This document shows positions 13,060 through 25,982 of a stretch of 64,000 nt of DNA, piece by piece. The notes under the pieces are model-generated. The model made no database searches and was not told where the DNA came from. It was given only the letters and a program-made list of their open reading frames with translations. Position 1 is the stretch's first letter. Each line of letters begins with the position of its first letter. This DNA comes from Octopus vulgaris (taxonomy: Eukaryota): the NCBI GenBank assembly GCA_951406725.2, contig OX597828.1, forward strand, positions 5,394,001-5,458,000, in the 5' to 3' direction. Position numbers and translations under genes: made by a program.

Positions 13060-16000
13060 ATAAAGTCTGAAACAAAAGTAATCCAGACCTGGCTATATCG
13101 ATAAAGCAAAACAAAAATAGCCAAAACAAGGAGGCACATTCTGAAAACGAGAAAAGTATTAGAAATTGAAATGCAGCATTAAGAAAAAAAACAACATATC
13201 ATGAAAACAGAAATAGCACCCATAGAATACTCAGCAATAACAGAAGTGCTGCAAATGCAAAGCACGAATATAAGTGTAAGACGTGCAACAAACAAAGTAC
13301 AGAAACAACATATTAAAAACCTAGAGATGCATAATGATGAGTAAGATACAACAAAACAGAACCAAAGAAAATTATTAACGGGATGAAATGTGGAGTAAAT
13401 CTAAAAAATGAAAACAATGAAATTTGAAACAATAAATCTGTGCATAGTCAGTGAATGAGAAGCCATAGGAGAACTTAGTTATGTACCGTCGCCTGTACCT
13501 CCCCACAATTAGAATTAATAATAAGACATCGGTAATAATAACAATAGAAATTTGGCTGTGATAGACTTAATCAAATCAGAAACAAATATGAATATGACCA
13601 GACTAAATAAAATAACATTTACGGCAGCCTCTCTAGCTACAAGAGAAAGTGGATTCTAGCTCAAAAGCATCCAAATATTTAACTAGTATGAAAATGGCGC
13701 ATCGCAATCTAAACGTATGTTATAGAAAACTAATATCCAGAACGAGAAAATAAAACACAAGATATGTGAATCCTGAATAAGATTAGTAACCAAACACGAC
13801 TACTAAACACTAAAGAAGGAAAATGCTACAGAATTATGCAATAACAAAAATAAATATATCTAAAGCAAAATATCCAAGCCAAAGCACAAAGAATCCGTTG
13901 GTATTAAAAATATCAACGATTCTTTGAATAAAATAAGCAATTTAACTCCAGTCCAAAATGATCTTACCAAGAAGTTCGTTAAAATGAATTCGAGATCGAT
14001 GCAGACCAACAGCAGTAGACGTGGAGGAATTTCGGTAAGAATTATTGGTAATGAAGGAACTACCCAAGAAAAGAACAATTTAGGCTAAAAAACAAAAAAA
14101 ATGCATTTGAATAACTTTGGACACCCATAAGAGCGGAAGCAACAACCAAGGTAGCGCAAAGGTTAAAGAACTGGAAAGCATCCAGACGCAAGATTTACAA
14201 TTTCGGCTGAAATACTTAACTGGTACGCATAGTTAAGCGCTGGCATAGAGGTTCAGTGAGATAATAAAGAAGTTAGAGACAGTACCTGAATTGTTAACGG
14301 TAGGCAGAATCTATCCTACTCCTTAAATCTACTGAAATTAGAAACCTGCAAAAGTACAGACCCATAGCATGTCTCCCTATAACCTACCAAGCCTCAACTC
14401 TAAATTGACAGACATCTGGCAAAGAACAACCTCTTTCCCGAACAGCAGAACGGAAGCTAGAAGGAGCGATATGGTTGTAAAGACCAGTTATTGGTAAACA
14501 AAAGCTTAATTGAAGACTGTCGAGAATAAGAAGGGTCTAAGCATGGGTTGGAGTTGGATCGATAACCGGGAGGTTTTTACAATATTTCCGAGCAACAATA
14601 ATGAAATACAAAAATAAACTTATTATTCATGTCATGAATAAGTGGCAAACATTTCTGCAGCTAAGACAAGAGAGGGAAATATAAAAACTAAATCCATTCC
14701 CATGGGAAGAGGAATATTCCTATACCACTCACTTTCTACACTCCTTTTCTCTCCGTCATTGATACACACAATTGAAAGATAAGATAAAGAATGAATATTA
14801 TAGACAAATTAGATTAGTACTTAATACAATGTAAGAAATAATATCATAGCAATCAATAGAGTAGCTGTCCCAGTTATAAGTTTCAGTTAGAATATTATTA
14901 ACTATACACTCAAGCCAAACAAGACAGAAAACAACACAAAGAATGTCGGTCTTAAGAAAAAGAACGCCTAAAATCTGTCATCCGTAGATTATTCATGCAA
15001 CGGATTAATGGTGGTAGAGACATTATGCACTGCGAAATCTAGTGTAAATAGTTGCTATTTGTCTTCAAGGAAGGCAAAAATATCCGAAAACTATGAAAAG
15101 AAAAAAATGACAAGCAAAAAAGTTGTGATGGAACTGAATCCGAAGCTAAAACTGGAAGTACAAAATAACATGATAAAACCATGGCAACAAAAGCCCTTAC
15201 TTGACAAATACTGCAATAAGATAAACAGAAACGCAAGAGAGAAATTAAAATCCCAATGTTTGAGAAGCAAGGGACTCGAAGCAGAGACTGAATGGTTTTT
15301 AACTGTTGCACAAGTTCAAAGCCTACTCACAAGAAACCATAGAAAAACACATAATGAAGAAAATGCCATAAGTGCCTGGAAGAATATGTGGAAATGGAGA
15401 AAAATACCATTAAATCTTATTGTCTTTGGCTGCCCAGTCCTGGCTCAGGCGGGATGTATCCACAGACATGATAGTGTTAGGGCCTATATGCATTGGAAGC
15501 TGTGCCAGCACTACAGGATGGCAGATAAAAATAAATTATGTAAGCATGTCACAGAAAGGGTCTAAGAAAATGACAAGCAACGATACTCTGGGATATATCA
15601 ATACACACAGATAGAGTGAGCAAGGTCAATATGCCACACATTGAGTTTATGTGCCACGTATAATAAAATGTAGCATTCTGGTTTAAGCATTCCATAGAAC
15701 CCCATGAAGCTTTTACAATTGCTAATTTCACAAAAATATTGTAATTTTCAGAAAAAGTTTTGCGAATTTGTGTTCTACACAAGGGAATTCATACGAATAT
15801 CTAAAACAAATGGTGTGTGTGTAATTGAAGGGCAATTTGGCTGTTGTTTCTACAACATCTTGCGACCACCTTATATTTTTTGCGTTTCATTTTCACTAAT
15901 ATGTATTGATGTTTTTCAATATTTTTCTCCACATACATTTAACGGAATTTTGATGCACCCATTACTGGAATTCAAGCAAAACATTCGGACTCTCTGTATT

Positions 16001-16330
16001 TTGAACTTTGGATTTAAAGCAATTCGAGAAAAATAGGGGAAAGTTATGGATGTATGGAGTGGGGAGGTAGTTAGAAATTAAAAGCAACGTTTTTCCTAAT
16101 TGTATGAATTCCTGTTATATGGGGGGTTTGAACCAGAATTCTGCCGAAAAATACATTTTAGTAGACTTGACAGAACCAACGGCCGATGTATCTTTAAAAT
16201 AAACTGAGAAAATCTCGAAATACAAAGAAATGAAAATAAAGCGAATGCGGAGTCTGAACATAGAAATTACCCCTCTAATTATGTACGGTTAAAAAATTCT
16301 ATAGTCAAATACACAGCCATAACACCACGA
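13060..16330 (+). mobile_element. Degraded R4/Dong-clade RLE LINE, interrupted at about 15640-16155
   Basis: YRPIACLP near 14355, GCKDQLLVNK near 14475, ORF 15008-15565 GLEAETEWFLTVAQVQSLLTRN..HRHDSVRAYMHWKLC, EKISKYKEM near 16210; same family as 5420-8330. Confidence 0.85.
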
Positions 16331-16364
16331 CTTACGAATATATATATATATATATATATATATA

Positions 16365-16641
16365 CTTTATTTTAAGCAGCAGAAAATTCAACAAAATCTG
16401 TTACTCTGAGTTTCTCGTTGCCGTTCATCAGACAGTTTTTGCTAGAAAAATTGATTCTAGCAAAAACTTGATTCTAGCAAAAATTTGATTCTAGCAAAAA
16501 CTGTCTGATGAACGGCAACGAGAAACTCAGAGTAACAGATTTTGTTGAATTTTCTGCTGCTTAAAATAAAGCATATTACTCTACCACTGGTATTTGAGTA
16601 CTCTTTTTTCCACCTTGTTTCACATTTATGTGTTTACTCCG

Positions 16642-16643
<2 letters not shown>
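16365..16643 (+). mobile_element. Short Penelope-like terminal-repeat (pLTR) element, inverted partial copy plus full end, in (TA)n
   Basis: Perfect 83-bp inverted repeat 16365-16447/16489-16571 containing a hammerhead core, AATAAA and a 3' tail; (TA)n on both sides. Confidence 0.75.
16501..16538 (+). ncRNA. Minimal type I hammerhead ribozyme motif
   Basis: CUGU-CUGAUGA-ACG(GCAA)CGA-GAAA-CUC(A)GAG-UA-ACAG; stem I CUGU/ACAG, GUA triplet, near-palindromic stem III; A-A mismatch at base of stem II; antisense copy at 16398-16435. Confidence 0.75.
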
Positions 16644-16680
<37 letters not shown>

Positions 16681-16684
16681 TATA

Positions 16685-16900
16685 TGTGTGTGTGTTTGCC
16701 CACCCAACATCGTTTGACAACCAGTGCTGGTGTGTTTACGTCCCGTAAACTAGCGGTTCGGCAAAATAGATCGATAAAATAAGTACTAGGCTTACAATGA
16801 ATAAGTCCTGGGGTCGATTTGCTCGACTAAAGGTGGTGGTCCAGCATGGCCACAGTCAAATGAGTGAAACAAATAAAAGAGTAAAAGAGTGAAAGAATAA
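16685..16900 (+). mobile_element. SINE family A 3' half
   Basis: GCGGTTCGGCAAAA..AAGTACTAGGCTTACAA..CCAGCATGGCCACAGTCAAATGAGTGAAACAA. Confidence 0.88.
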
Positions 16901-17084
16901 AAGAGATATATAACAACCTGAAAATACCACTTCTAGGCACTGCACATATCCAACGTATGCACTTTGAATGCTGTAAAAATATTAACACCAAAACACACAA
17001 CAGCACATACCCAAAGGAAACAAAGTACCGCTTGTGAGTGCAGTAGAATCCCTTAATAAAAATAAGAATAGTAATAAACTTTTC

Positions 17085-17260
17085 AAAATGTTGACACAAG
17101 GTCTTCAGTGCTCAAATGGTACCTATTTCATCGACCTCGAAGGATGAAATGCAAAATCGATATCGGTGGAACTCGAAATCAGAACGTAAAGACAGACGAA
17201 ATGGCGTTAAGCATTTTGTTTTGTTTGGTGGTGTTCACAATTCTGCCAGATCGCCGCCTT
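17085..17260 (-). mobile_element. SINE family B (Nin-domain-like)
   Basis: Minus strand begins GGCGGCGATCTGGCAGAATTG; TTTCATCCTTCGAGGTCGATGAAATAGGTACC. Confidence 0.82.
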
Positions 17261-17502
17261 AATTATAACGATAATGATAATAATATTATTACAAAATATA
17301 TCGTGCTTGTGGGTACCTCATTTATTTTATGGAAATTCCTCTCCCTGCAAATGTAGTCTTATACTGCTTCTGTGTTTCTTTTGCTTTTGTATCAGACTTC
17401 ACTGGTAACATCTTCAAATGCAAACCATATTGTCTCCTGACATCTCTTGCTGTGATATATACGCAGCTCTTATACATTAAAGCCATACCAGAATATAACA
17501 GC

Positions 17503-17557
17503 ATGATGATGATGATGATGATGATGATGTGGAGGATGAGGATGAGGATGATGATGT

Positions 17558-17588
<31 letters not shown>

Positions 17589-17700
17589 AATGATGATGAT
17601 GTGGAGGATGTTGATTATTATTATGATGATGGTGATGATGATGATGATGATTATGATGATGATGATAATGATGATGATGTGGAGGATGAGGATGATGATG
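17503..17700. repeat. (GAT)n degenerate microsatellite
   Basis: Direct reading; source of poly-M/poly-D ORFs. Confidence 0.95.
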
Positions 17701-18929
17701 ACGGCAACAAAATATATATTAATGACTTTCTAGAACAAATTTTGAAGCTAGAATGATGAAGCTTATCATGAGTATCAAGACAATGTTGGCACTGCCAGTA
17801 GATGCGTTGCTGGTGAATATAGCGCTGGTGGTGATAGAAGCGGTGACAACGGTAGTGGAATTAACAGTAGATGGTGATGGTGCGGGGTGGCGGCGGTAAT
17901 TTTGATGATGCCATTGATGATTTTATATTTCTATTGATAAAGCCATACAATATATTTATGTACAATAAATATAGGTTGTAGTTAGCACTTTAGAGGAAAA
18001 ACGAAATTAATGTAATGACTATTATAATCATTGTTCGGACGAAAGCCATTTGTTTGAATATGATATGGTCGCTTACAGTCATAGATTTATTATCTTAATT
18101 TACATATTGCAAACAATAACACGAAAACACCGCATTAAATAGGTGTATGGTTAATTATACCTAAATACGATTCTAGCAATCGAAAGTAGAAACAGTGAAC
18201 TATGTTTCAGATATGAAGAAATGGCAACTTTAATACCATCGAATATCAGATTCTCAACAATTGTCGGCTTATGTCTAGTTCTATGCGAGAAGCTAAATCG
18301 AAACGCATGTTATACTAGAGTGCAGGAGTAGTAGGTTTCCTTTAATATTATACAGTACCAATTCCCAACACAGAATAATTGCTTTATCTCAGGATACTTC
18401 CTCATGAATTTGTTATTCACTATTTCATTTAAATATCTCTCATGTATTCTTTATTGATATCTCTTCGATTCTTCCATCTGTAGATTCCTAGAATCAAATA
18501 TATTTACACTGCCAACACTTGTCCATCAGCATATCGACCTTCTATCATCACCATGTCTTACTAAGAGCCAACGTAAAAAGCGAGCCAATAAGGAGTCCTC
18601 TGATCTTTTGTAGAATTCGCTGAAAATTGAAATAGATTTCTCCCAAATTCCTTGCTATGCTCATGTATCTGCTTCTGTATACTATCTATTTGGAAAACAT
18701 TGGAGATTCTATCTTGTCTGAGCTGAAGTAGAAGTAAACAGAAGTCCGAGAAAGTATCGTACACACATCAACAATGATGTCTTCATTTGTCCTGTTATAT
18801 AGAGTAGCCTCATTTATTTGAAATCACAAACTACACTCTTCATAAATTACTCTCATTTCATAATATACTGCAGCATGCAATGACTCTGACGCGTGTCCAA
18901 GGGTCAAGATTGTAAAATCAGAGAGAAGA

Positions 18930-19988
18930 ATTCAGCAATTTCAAAATACTAAAATGTGGAAGAGAGACATGGCGTAAGAAAATGTATGAAACACTTACAA
19001 AATAGAAATAAATCAAAACAAGAGAACTGAAAATGCAATAAAGGTTATATGCAGGCTATTGCATAGGAGAACTGTTTGCAGTTCTCATAATTATAAAGTG
19101 TTTGGATTTACACATAAAAACCAATGAATATCATATGAATACTTAAAAAAAATATATTGTAATTGGTCCAAAAATGACATTCGATTTAAAAATAAGAACA
19201 TAAATAAAATCGAAATTATAAAGAGGAATAAGTGCACAGGAATTGCGTCAATGTAAAAATGATGTTAACAAATACTACAATGAACTCCTCCAGCAGGATC
19301 AATGCCGCAGCCACATGCAGTCCAGCTAAACTACTTGGAAAATTCAACAAAATTCAGGAAAATTAAAATCTTTAAAAAGCTCAAGTACAAAACTGCATAC
19401 TGTATAAGAGGAAATAATATGAAAGATACATATGCACACAAAGAAAAAAATAAATATAAACACATCTACCATACAAAATGCTGAATAATCTCCATAAATC
19501 TCCAGCAATTCAAAGATACAAAAAGCACCAAACCTGTTTTAAACAAAAGAATTTGTTTGTCTTTCCTGTACAAAATAATTTATCAAAAAGGCATAAAATA
19601 CATTAGAAATCAATACATTACAAACACTCTGCCAACAGAATGTAGCACCAACTGAAAAATAATACTATAGAAATTATTTTAACGTGCAGTTGAAAAGAAC
19701 AGAGAGGGAATCAGGTAAACTGTCTAGATATTATTATGGAGGCTTATCACGAAAATATATCTATCGACAACACCAATTTCAATAGTCGACAATATTCTTT
19801 TTCAATATATGGAATAATTATCATATAGAATCTCTTGGCAATAAACATATCCAGAATTTTAGGATTGAATATGTTTCCAATCGTAATAATGTATATCATG
19901 GGGATGATGAAAAGAGCTGAAAAGGAATATGGCCATCACGCCACTGTTTATCACATAGGCCATATGAAGAATCTATCATTTCAAGAAA

Positions 19989-20042
<54 letters not shown>

Positions 20043-20340
20043 AATGGAAAAATTGTACAAAATGTATAAATGGATGATGAGCAAAGCATCAACACAGTTT
20101 CGATATAGATAGATAGATTGATAGACAGATAGAAACACGCATGCAATATATATGATATTCCCTCATTATAACATGAAACAGGAATCATAAAATATTACAT
20201 ATTCCAAAGGCATTCGGATGTATAATCGACTGTATTGTAAAGGCATAAAATACTTTCTAAAGCTAGATATAAAGATTATAAGCTCTGACATATACTCAAG
20301 GACGTACATATTGAAAGGTTGGTATAAGAGCTAATATTGT
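18930..20340 (+). mobile_element. Possible very old L1/Tx1-type ORF2 C-terminal remnants
   Basis: A-rich; weak frameshifted similarity to ILxQxxWNN (near 19800), KGIxxI (near 19590) and KxRE motifs; no intact domain. Confidence 0.3.
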
Positions 20341-21667
20341 CTTCAGTGTCTAAAGTGAAAATCTGAAGTCAAAATAGAGAGCCAAATAATGTTTATATGT
20401 TCAGCATGGTTATAAGGTTTATATAGCGAACCTTTTCATTAAACCGAACCTTTTTTTCTTTGTTTTATCGATATTTTTCGTCATTTTGGACAATTCCAAT
20501 TCGTCAATCATTTGAAATTACTATAGGGGTGGGGCAAAATAAGTAAATTATGATCCTTGTTATTATCTCTTTACTTGTTTGGTATTATTTCATTGCAAGT
20601 ATTGCATCATTTGTTCTGTTTTTTTTAATCTTTGGGAGTTAGAATTGGCCTGCTATTGCTGTCGTTGAGGTTGAGAGAGTTTTGAAACCGTATCAGATAA
20701 CAGGCACTTTTCTTTTAAGACATTTTTTCTTCAAATTCGACCCAATTGTAATTGATGTTGATAATAAAATATTGAATAATTTTTGGCGTTTAACAAATAA
20801 TATTATTTTCACTGTTGGATTCCATGTGAATTCTTTCCACATTAATACCTAAGTTGATAATGGTCAAGGTTCCAAAAATTATGGCTAAATCGGGCCAAAA
20901 TGAGTAGTGACGAATTTCAATAATGGCGGAGTTTCGGATCAGAACACTCACATGTTAGATATTTTCTCCGGTTTGACGACAATTTCCCAATTTTTCTTTC
21001 ACCGCCGCTTAATTTTTCCTCACCTCCCTCCTTTTCCCTTCTTACCCCCATCTGGACTGATTATAGCCAATTTTCTTTTTTTGTAGTACGCACTTAAAAA
21101 TTTCTCTTATTCATTCTAATTGTATCTTTGTTCCCTGATTTACGTCCTTTTTTGCGTTCCTTATTTAATCGTCCTGTTTGCCAAGCTATCCTCCTTACCT
21201 TTTCGTTCAAAAGGATACACTAATTGCATACGAGAATCAAACCCGGCAGGAGTTTGGCTGCACCGTATTAAATTTAAAGCACAGAAATAAATAACAAGCA
21301 GAGCGATGGAGATAGAGAGGGGGAGTAGAAAACTTAAGTGAGACGGAGAGAAAAGGGGAAATATATGGAAGAGATTTCGTTGCAGTTATGCTAGATGTAC
21401 AGCAAATCTTCCTACCTTTGCCATGTAGTTGGAGTGGATTTTATGCAGAAATTTTATGCTTCAGTTTATTCTTATATGTGTACATTCCTCGCAGTGCGAA
21501 AGAGTGGCCCTCAAATTGTTCATTTGATTTCGGAGCAATGTTACGATATATGCTGAGTGAGTATTTTGTAAATAGCTGTTGTTATGAAATAACTTCATTG
21601 TATATTTTCCGATTTAATGTCTTCTTTTAATTTATTCTAAATTAATGTCTCCTTAAATCGTAATCGA

Positions 21668-21685
21668 CAGCTGAGTCACGTGACT
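21668..21685. promoter_or_regulatory. Overlapping E-box / AP-1 / CLEAR-type motif cluster
   Basis: CAGCTG (21668-73), TGAGTCA (21672-78), 12-bp palindrome AGTCACGTGACT (21674-85) in apparently unique DNA; motif match only. Confidence 0.3.
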
Positions 21686-22299
21686 TTCAGCAAGAACGGA
21701 CGAGATACTATCACTCGTTTTCATTCTTTTTTTCATCTAAATTTAAAGATGTTTCCCTGTGACTACCAAGTGGGCTAGAATATATTTCTCCACGTTACTG
21801 AGATTAGACTTGGGAAAATAAATTTATGTGTATAATTAAACGTGAATGAAAAATAGATGTTAATCACTCATTAAATTAAATGCAGTTGGCATTTAGATTC
21901 AAATTAAATATAATGGCAATCAACAAAGAAAGGGCTAGTTATATCGCTCGTATTCTATCACAGAATTTCATTCAAGTCATACTGGGAAGGAATAAACCTA
22001 ATAGTTTATGTTTCATTATTCTAGATACTATTCACTATGTATATTTTTGTAACACTTATAAAATAGTTTACGCAACTAAGCAATATATATATTTGTAGAT
22101 TATCCAAATCTGATGAAAACCATTTACTTTGAATCAACAAATCCTCTTTATATAGTAATCTTGTAGCAAATTGAAGTGAATGTAAGACATTATCTTACTC
22201 CTTCGTAAGAGAATCAAAGCTATTGTTTTCAATTGTTGTAAGAAGGATTGCCTGGTGTATCTCTCATCTCAAATATTTAATAAGCACAATTTAATACGC

Positions 22300-22456
22300 A
22301 ATTGCTGAGTGGTAAGACGTGCGCTTTCCACCAAGTAATTGAGGCTTCAGTCACACTGCGTGGGAATTTGGGTGAGTGTGTTTGTAGCCTGTGAGTATAT
22401 CTGTTCGACGGAAACTGAAACTGAAAGAAGCCCGTCGTATATGTGCGTGTATGTGT

Positions 22457-22495
<39 letters not shown>

Positions 22496-22680
22496 AACTT
22501 CAGCACCGCTTGACAACCGGCATTGCCGTATATATGTCCATGTATATCAGCGGTTTGGCCAAAGAAACCGATAGAATAACTACCAGCCTTAAAATAGTAA
22601 TTATTCCTAGTCATTTTACTAAACTTCTTCAAAGTAGTGTCCCAGCATGCATGACGTCTAATGACTGATACAAGTAAAAA
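22300..22680 (+). mobile_element. SINE family A, diverged near-full copy
   Basis: Head TTGCTGAGTGGTAAG, GAAACTGAAAGAAGCCCGTCGT, internal (TG)n, tail AATGACTGATACAAGT. Confidence 0.82.
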
Positions 22681-23586
22681 AAACAAAAACACAAAGATGA
22701 AAGATATATCCTTCATTCTCATTTCCTTACATGAAAGATACATCTATTTTTATACATTCATCACATCTGCTTGAAACTTTTTCAAACCATCATAAACCAT
22801 GACATTGATTATAAACATATCATTACGTACTACCAAAGTCAAATTCATTTGTGGGTCACGCTCCCAATGATTTACCTGTCATCAAAAGTTCTTAATCTTC
22901 AGTAAGAAATTGATATTTCGGTAACATACCTGAGATATAGGACGGTAGTTTATCAACTCTTGCTATAAAATTCTTATAGATTGAATTCACAGTATTAGTG
23001 TTATACAAATTAGTGTTTCTTTGGGGTTTTTTTTCCCAATATTTTCAATGGCTATATAACTAAGCTATTTTGTACAAACCAGCGATTTCAAAATACTAAA
23101 ATGTGGAAGAGAGACATAGCGTAAGAAAATGTATGAAACACTTACAAAATAAAAATAAATCAAAACAAGAGAACTAAAAATGCAATAAAGGTTATATACA
23201 GGCTATTGCATAGGAGAACTGTTTACAGTTCTCATAATTATAAACGCAAGTACACATATATTTATAACTGACAACATCATGTACTTTTTCTAATGCTAAG
23301 CACAGTGAGGTAAATAGAACTCAAAAATTAACTGAGTGCATTCTCAGATTATGAGCAACTTTTACTCACCTATATGGGTTGCTCCAGGGGATTTGAATAT
23401 CGAAATGAAGGTAGACCACAGCCACAATATATCCTGTGATATCTGTTTCAGCCTCTTTGTATATACAATATACTACTATATATACAAATACCACTGATGT
23501 CAAATATAGGTTACGTATTCCCAAGATAAACAAATTACTGCCAAGTTACTTCAATCTCATATTATCTTCATCACTCACACAGTAGT

Positions 23587-23624
23587 GTATATATATATAT
23601 ATATATATATGGAGAGAGAGAGAT

Positions 23625-23697
<73 letters not shown>

Positions 23698-23720
23698 GTA
23701 GTTAGGTAGCTAGCTAGACA
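23587..23720. repeat. (TA)n(GA)n(GATA)n compound microsatellite
   Basis: Direct reading. Confidence 0.95.
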
Positions 23721-24252
23721 GATAGATATATTGTGATTGCATTGTGGAGGCCATAAGGTAGCCATTTAGAAGCACGCAACGACCGTTAACTTCATTCGTG
23801 ATATAGTGTCAAAATTTTCATCGCGCGAAACTACCACCCGTTCATTAACAAAAATATACTGTTCCTTATGATAAATACGTCAATATCAACATATTTGAAG
23901 CAGTTTTAAGTGAGGTTCTTCTGAATCCAAAATCAACATCTTCTTCCTGAAATGTGTGCAGTATTCTTTTTCGTGAATTGAGAATATTAAGTTCAATTGG
24001 ACTCGATGCCATACTCGTATACGTTTACTTTCACTCTAGGAAAAACTAAATAATTGTGAAAATGGGAAAAAGAGGACGGCGAAAGTCAATCCTTCATTTT
24101 AAGGCCCTATATTTTAGCGAAATTTTAGTTTATATAGCGAAAAGTCTTTGCCGGTTTCGTGAACATTTCTGCCTTATAACATTGGTTATAAACCTTATAA
24201 CCATGCTGAACATATAAACATTATTTGGCTCTCTATTTTGACTTCAGATTTT

Positions 24253-24499
24253 ATATATGCAATAATTCTAAAGCCGAAAATCAATGTTTTTAGCTGTTGT
24301 GAGATATACATTTAGATGTCTTGTAAACAACTTGCACATGCAAGTGCTACCAGTCAAAACTCCGCATACCGGAAGCCAGCAAGTGTATGGGGGTCATCAG
24401 GAGAGAATGCGCGCCGTTTCGTGGCCAACCTCTCGACGGCATCAATGCGCACCGGCCCCCCCTCACTGATATGAGGCCCCGCTTGCTAGACCAGCTAGT
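24253..24499 (+). mobile_element. Possible degraded non-autonomous Helitron
   Basis: 5' ATAATTCTAAAGCCGAAAAT, GC-rich 3' segment ending CTAG|T. Confidence 0.3.
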
Positions 24500-24805
24500 T
24501 ATTAACTAAACTAAATTCAAAATTAACATTTTGGAGCGTTGCTTTCTTGTTCTTTCAGGAAATAAGACCAGTTTCCGTTTTCTCATAGAAATAATGAAGT
24601 TTACAAATGTCAACATATGTATGTTTATGTGTGTGTATTTGGTTGCTTGTTTTTTTTGTGTGTGTGTATGTAGGTGTGTGTCCATGTCCCTTTAATTCGA
24701 GGGTCATTGTTGAGTCAAGCGTTGAAGGAACACATTTGAACTTCATTATGTTAATGTACTTCTTGTTCTATTCCTTCATACTTACACACAAGCACACACA
24801 TATAA

Positions 24806-24840
<35 letters not shown>

Positions 24841-24971
24841 AACACTAACAGAAACATACAAAGAAACACTCATTTTCTCTTTCACCCATGCATTCGCCAA
24901 TCTGCTTTTTGTTCTATTGCTTGGTGTATAGAGGCTTGTAAGTGCTAGGCTCAACTCAAAGCCTCCAAGGA

Positions 24972-25018
<47 letters not shown>

Positions 25019-25068
25019 TTATATACGTATATATATATATTATATATCCGCTGCCCTAACCACTGGGC

Positions 25069-25124
<56 letters not shown>

Positions 25125-25128
<4 letters not shown>

Positions 25129-25192
25129 AGAGTTTACGAAAGAAAAAACAAAAGGCGAAGACAGGTGGTGTACAAAACAAACAGATGTATTA
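25125..25192 (-). mobile_element. Terminal fragment of Penelope-like short repeat in (TA)n (same family as 39037-39235)
   Basis: GGAGAGTTTACGAAA..GGTGTACAAAACAAACAGATGTATTA shared with 39037-39102. Confidence 0.65.
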
Positions 25193-25982
25193 TATATGTG
25201 TGTGTGTGTGTGTGTGTGCGTATATATATATATATATATGCATTAATTACACTTTATTACCACTAACTAGCTGTTTGGTTTGTCATATATTTTGAATTCT
25301 ATTAATTCGCTAGGGAATTCTTTGACCAACTGCTTTGCTCCGTTGTTTTATTTGTTTTTATCACGGGGTCCTTACATACTAGGACTGACCCCTGTATATG
25401 GAATCTAAATTTTAAGGGCCCACGTGAATTCGGGAAAGCTGGAAACCCGGCTAGTCCGCCACTGTCCTTTCACACACTACAGAAACCCCGAAGCAAACTG
25501 GTAGTACGCATGCTACTTTGCTGGATACATTGGGTGAAATCTGAAGGTGGATGAGCTTTCTACTGTACTCTACTACGTTCTCCACAGAACATAACATAAC
25601 TATACACACAGACACACACAAACACATATCTATATATATATGTATATAAATATAAACCAAATAAATTTGTTTTTATACAAGCGTCGAAAGATGTATTATA
25701 CGATACAAATAAGGTGGTATTTTTTTTCTAAGCCAGAATTGCTGTTAGAACAGCAGAAATACTGGTTAATTAACCCTTACAAAGCGGAAGATTTGTCGGA
25801 TAAATTTGTCAGCACTCAGTCTAGCTTAATGATAAAACATTCAGTCGGAGTCTTTGGGAATGTGGTTTCAACTGCCAAGGCTATTTGTTGACAATTTTTC
25901 CACTTTGTAAGTGTTATTTACCCAACAGAAATCTGGATGGTTTTATATTTACATATATTTTTTAATATTTCACATGTTATTA

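Noticed and set aside
17322-17504. Non-repetitive 60-aa minus-strand ORF
   Set aside because: No recognisable domain, and its start lies at the edge of a microsatellite
25415-25460. GAAACCCGGCTAG in a possible pLTR remnant
   Set aside because: No CUGANGA core; cannot be supported
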